Shown here: positions 61,493-64,000 of the stretch, one piece after another | Layout: every line of letters starts with the position of its first letter | Numbering within the stretch: the stretch's first letter is position 1 | Assembly: GCA_038870635.1 (NCBI GenBank) | Contig: JAVZJR010000003.1 | Location: 1-64,000, forward strand | Direction: 5' to 3' | Length of the DNA: 64,000 bases | Origin: Candidatus Bilamarchaeaceae archaeon | GTDB taxonomy: Archaea; Micrarchaeota; Micrarchaeia; Anstonellales; Bilamarchaeaceae | Translations under genes and position numbers: made by a program | Notes under the pieces: model-generated | Database searches by the model: none | What the model saw: the letters and a program-made list of their open reading frames with translations, nothing else | What the model was told of the DNA's origin: nothing

Positions 61493-62643
61493 AGATTGCG
61501 ATAGTAAGTGATACTTTTAGACCACAAAAAAATGGCGTAGTTGTGTTTTTAGAGGATTTTCTTCCTCGCCTTGCAAAAAAAACAGACGTAGTTGTAATCG
61601 TGCCCGGACAAAAAAACTATTTAGTAAAAAGTCGAGATGGCAATATAACTTACTATTTTTTGCCATCTCTTCCATTTCCTTTCTATCCTGGTTATCGTAT
61701 GGCTATTTCCTCTCGTACTGAAATAAAAAAAATATTAGAAGAAGAAAAACCTGATGTTGTTCATTTACACGCACCGGTATTAGTTGGCTTAAAAGCTCTC
61801 TATATTTCTAAATCTATTAACATACCAACAGTTATCACTTACCACACTCACTTTCCAGATTATGTTTCTCATCTTTCTAAAGGTCTGCTTAAGGGCGACT
61901 TTGAAAATATTGCGAAATTACCAGTAAAAAAACTCATAAAAACAGTTTTTTCTAAAGCAAATGTTGTCACCGCGCCTACTCCTGCATTACGAGAAGAGCT
62001 TCGCTCCTATGGTTTACCAAATGTGGAGTTTATTCCTAATGGAATAGATTTTTCAAAATTTAAAAATTCAAAAAAAGTAAATGTAAGGGCAAAACACAAC
62101 ATACCTAAGAAAAACAAAATAGTCCTCTATGTCGGAAGGATAAGTTTTGAAAAGAAAATTGATATTCTTTTAAGCGCTTTTAAAAAAGTACGTGCTACTC
62201 GTGAAAACACTACCCTTTTGATTGTTGGCACTGGCCCTTACCTTAACGATTATGTAAAACTTGCAAAAACAATGAATTTGCAAGATGTAATTTTTGCTGG
62301 TTTTGTACCTGATGCTTATCTTCCTTCTTATTATAAAATAGCAGATGTTTTTGCTTCTGCTTCTGACACTGAAACCTTTGGTCTTACTTTTATAGAAGCT
62401 ATGTTTTTTGGTTTGCCCGTTGTCGGTGTTAATAAGCTTGGGGCAAGTGATGTTATAAAAAAAGAAACTGGTCTTCTTGCAGAAGCAGGAAATGCAGGAG
62501 ATTTTGGTCGTTGTCTCTCTATCCTTCTTGACCACGATAACTTTGCAAAAGAGCTCGGAAAAAATGGCAAAAATGAAGCTAAAAAATATTCAATAGAGAA
62601 AGTCACTCGGGATTTTATGAATATATACAAGCGATTATGTTAA
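61489..62643 (+). CDS. GT4 glycosyltransferase
   Basis: SDTFRPQKNGV, TYHT, PNGID, VGRISFEK, ETFGLTFIEAM. Confidence 0.93.
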   Translation: MKIAIVSDTFRPQKNGVVVFLEDFLPRLAKKTDVVVIVPGQKNYLVKSRDGNITYYFLPSLPFPFYPGYRMAISSRTEIKKILEEEKPDVVHLHAPVLVGLKALYISKSINIPTVITYHTHFPDYVSHLSKGLLKGDFENIAKLPVKKLIKTVFSKANVVTAPTPALREELRSYGLPNVEFIPNGIDFSKFKNSKKVNVRAKHNIPKKNKIVLYVGRISFEKKIDILLSAFKKVRATRENTTLLIVGTGPYLNDYVKLAKTMNLQDVIFAGFVPDAYLPSYYKIADVFASASDTETFGLTFIEAMFFGLPVVGVNKLGASDVIKKETGLLAEAGNAGDFGRCLSILLDHDNFAKELGKNGKNEAKKYSIEKVTRDFMNIYKRLC

Positions 62644-62646
62644 TTG

Positions 62647-63828
62647 CTATCTCTCTACTGGGAAATTTTTTTCATTTTCTTCTAGAGCATCAAGACCAGG
62701 TAGTTTTTCTCCGCATAGATATTTTATCAATGCTTTACCAGATAAGCTAACATATCCATACTTTTCTTTTCTAAAACCAAATGTTTCTATTGCGCTTGTG
62801 GTATGTCCTCCTCCAAGTAACGAGAAGCCCTTACTGTTTGCTATTTCATTTAGTAATTGCTTCGTACCAGTACCGAAAAGAGGTTGCTCATAAACCCCCA
62901 TCGGCCCGTTCATAACTATTGTTTTAGCATTTTTTATTATAGCTGAATACTTTTCTATTGTTTTTTGGCCGATATCGAATATTTCACCTTTTTCTATTCT
63001 ATCAATTGATGTCTCTACTCTTTTTCCATCTATATTGAGAGCAACATCAGATGGTATTTCCACTCCTTCTATTTCTAATATTTTTTTTGCCCTTTCGAAG
63101 TATTCTAAAAGACCTTCTTTTTCTAAGTATTTTTCAGAATCGCCGACACTGTAGCCTTTCGCTTTAAGAAGAAGAATAGCAATAACCCCTCCTGTTAAGT
63201 ATTTTCCTTTTTTGCCTGCTCTCGCGTAGTTCTCTATCATATCAAATGAATCCTCTATTTTTGAGCCACCTAAAACAAAAACTGTACCATCGCTTTCTTT
63301 TACTTTTTTGAGAGCGCTTACTTCTTGTGCCAAAACTGGTCCATAAAATGCAGGTATGATTTTTGAAAAACCAACAACACTTGAGTGCGCTCTATGCGCT
63401 ACGCTCAGCGCATCTAAGACATAATAGTCTGCAAGATAAGACAATCCAACTATTTCGCCACTCTCAAGATTTTCTGATTTAAGGAATCTCACATTTTCCA
63501 GAAGAACAATGTCGCCATCATTCATCATCTCAACAGTTTTCTTTACATTAGCACCAATTACATATGGTACAAATATTACCTCCTTTTTCATTTCGCTAGA
63601 AAGAAGTTCTGCATGTTGCTGCAGCATTATAAAGTCAGGGTCGCCGTCTCTCCCCTGATGAGCCAATGCTATTACTTTTGCTTTTTTGTCGCTTAGCATT
63701 TTAAGCGTTTTTGCGTGCATTTTTATTCTTTCATTCATCTGCACCTGACCGTTTATAACAGGAGAGTTTAGGTCTACTCTAACTAAAATTTTTTTACCTT
63801 TAATATCATAGTCCATAATATTTCTCAT
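62647..63828 (-). CDS. pgk: Phosphoglycerate kinase
   Basis: VRVDLNSP, AHQGR, LLENVRF, AHRAHSS, NGPMGVYE, GGGHT. Confidence 0.96.
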   Translation of the reverse strand: MRNIMDYDIKGKKILVRVDLNSPVINGQVQMNERIKMHAKTLKMLSDKKAKVIALAHQGRDGDPDFIMLQQHAELLSSEMKKEVIFVPYVIGANVKKTVEMMNDGDIVLLENVRFLKSENLESGEIVGLSYLADYYVLDALSVAHRAHSSVVGFSKIIPAFYGPVLAQEVSALKKVKESDGTVFVLGGSKIEDSFDMIENYARAGKKGKYLTGGVIAILLLKAKGYSVGDSEKYLEKEGLLEYFERAKKILEIEGVEIPSDVALNIDGKRVETSIDRIEKGEIFDIGQKTIEKYSAIIKNAKTIVMNGPMGVYEQPLFGTGTKQLLNEIANSKGFSLLGGGHTTSAIETFGFRKEKYGYVSLSGKALIKYLCGEKLPGLDALEENEKNFPVER

Positions 63829-63846
63829 TTATCCCACCAAATCTAA

Positions 63847-64000
63847 TTATTCAGAATTATTTTTAGGTTTTTTTCTTTTTTCCCATTCCTCTTTTGATTT
63901 GCAATTAGGATCTATGCACATATCATATCTTTTCTTTCCTTGAATCACTCTTATCATTGGCTTTTTGCACCATTCACATTCCTTACCTAAAGATTTTACT
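63847..64000 (-). CDS. C-terminal Zn-ribbon fragment, probably DNA topoisomerase I (partial)
   Basis: Own translation ...GKECEWCKKPMIRVIQGKKRYDMCIDPNCKSKEEW...*. Confidence 0.65.
   Translation of the reverse strand, partial: VKSLGKECEWCKKPMIRVIQGKKRYDMCIDPNCKSKEEWEKRKKPKNNSE

Noticed and set aside
3005..62630. Many 60-210 aa antisense or out-of-frame ORFs (e.g. 11591-12226, 39735-40358)
   Set aside because: F/S/L/I-rich mirrors of K/E-rich genuine genes

Overview
A gene-dense, AT-rich archaeal chromosomal segment. The markers are class I LysRS, thermosome, proteasome beta, aCPSF1, pelota, CCA enzyme, intron-containing tRNAs and GGTGA ribosome-binding sites; a DPANN/Micrarchaeota-like host is an inference. 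Most genes are housekeeping, and there are two intron-containing tRNAs (Phe, Arg) and a compact RNase P RNA. The most unusual content is two blocks of large orphan genes (20.7-28.0 kb and 39.0-49.2 kb). Each encodes a giant exported protein with a helical N-terminal half and a C-terminal amphipathic beta-strand region ending in Phe, like an outer-membrane beta-barrel. Each block is followed by a copy of the same ~190-230 nt hairpin-rich non-coding element. Other highlights: a glutamine synthetase homologue lacking most catalytic residues, two unannotated micro-ORFs (a 30-aa acidic peptide and a 52-aa peptide with CGNIE at both ends), a PAP2 phosphatase/polyprenol kinase fusion and a protein with a ribosomal-stalk-like tail. 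All calls are by eye from motifs; no searches were run.
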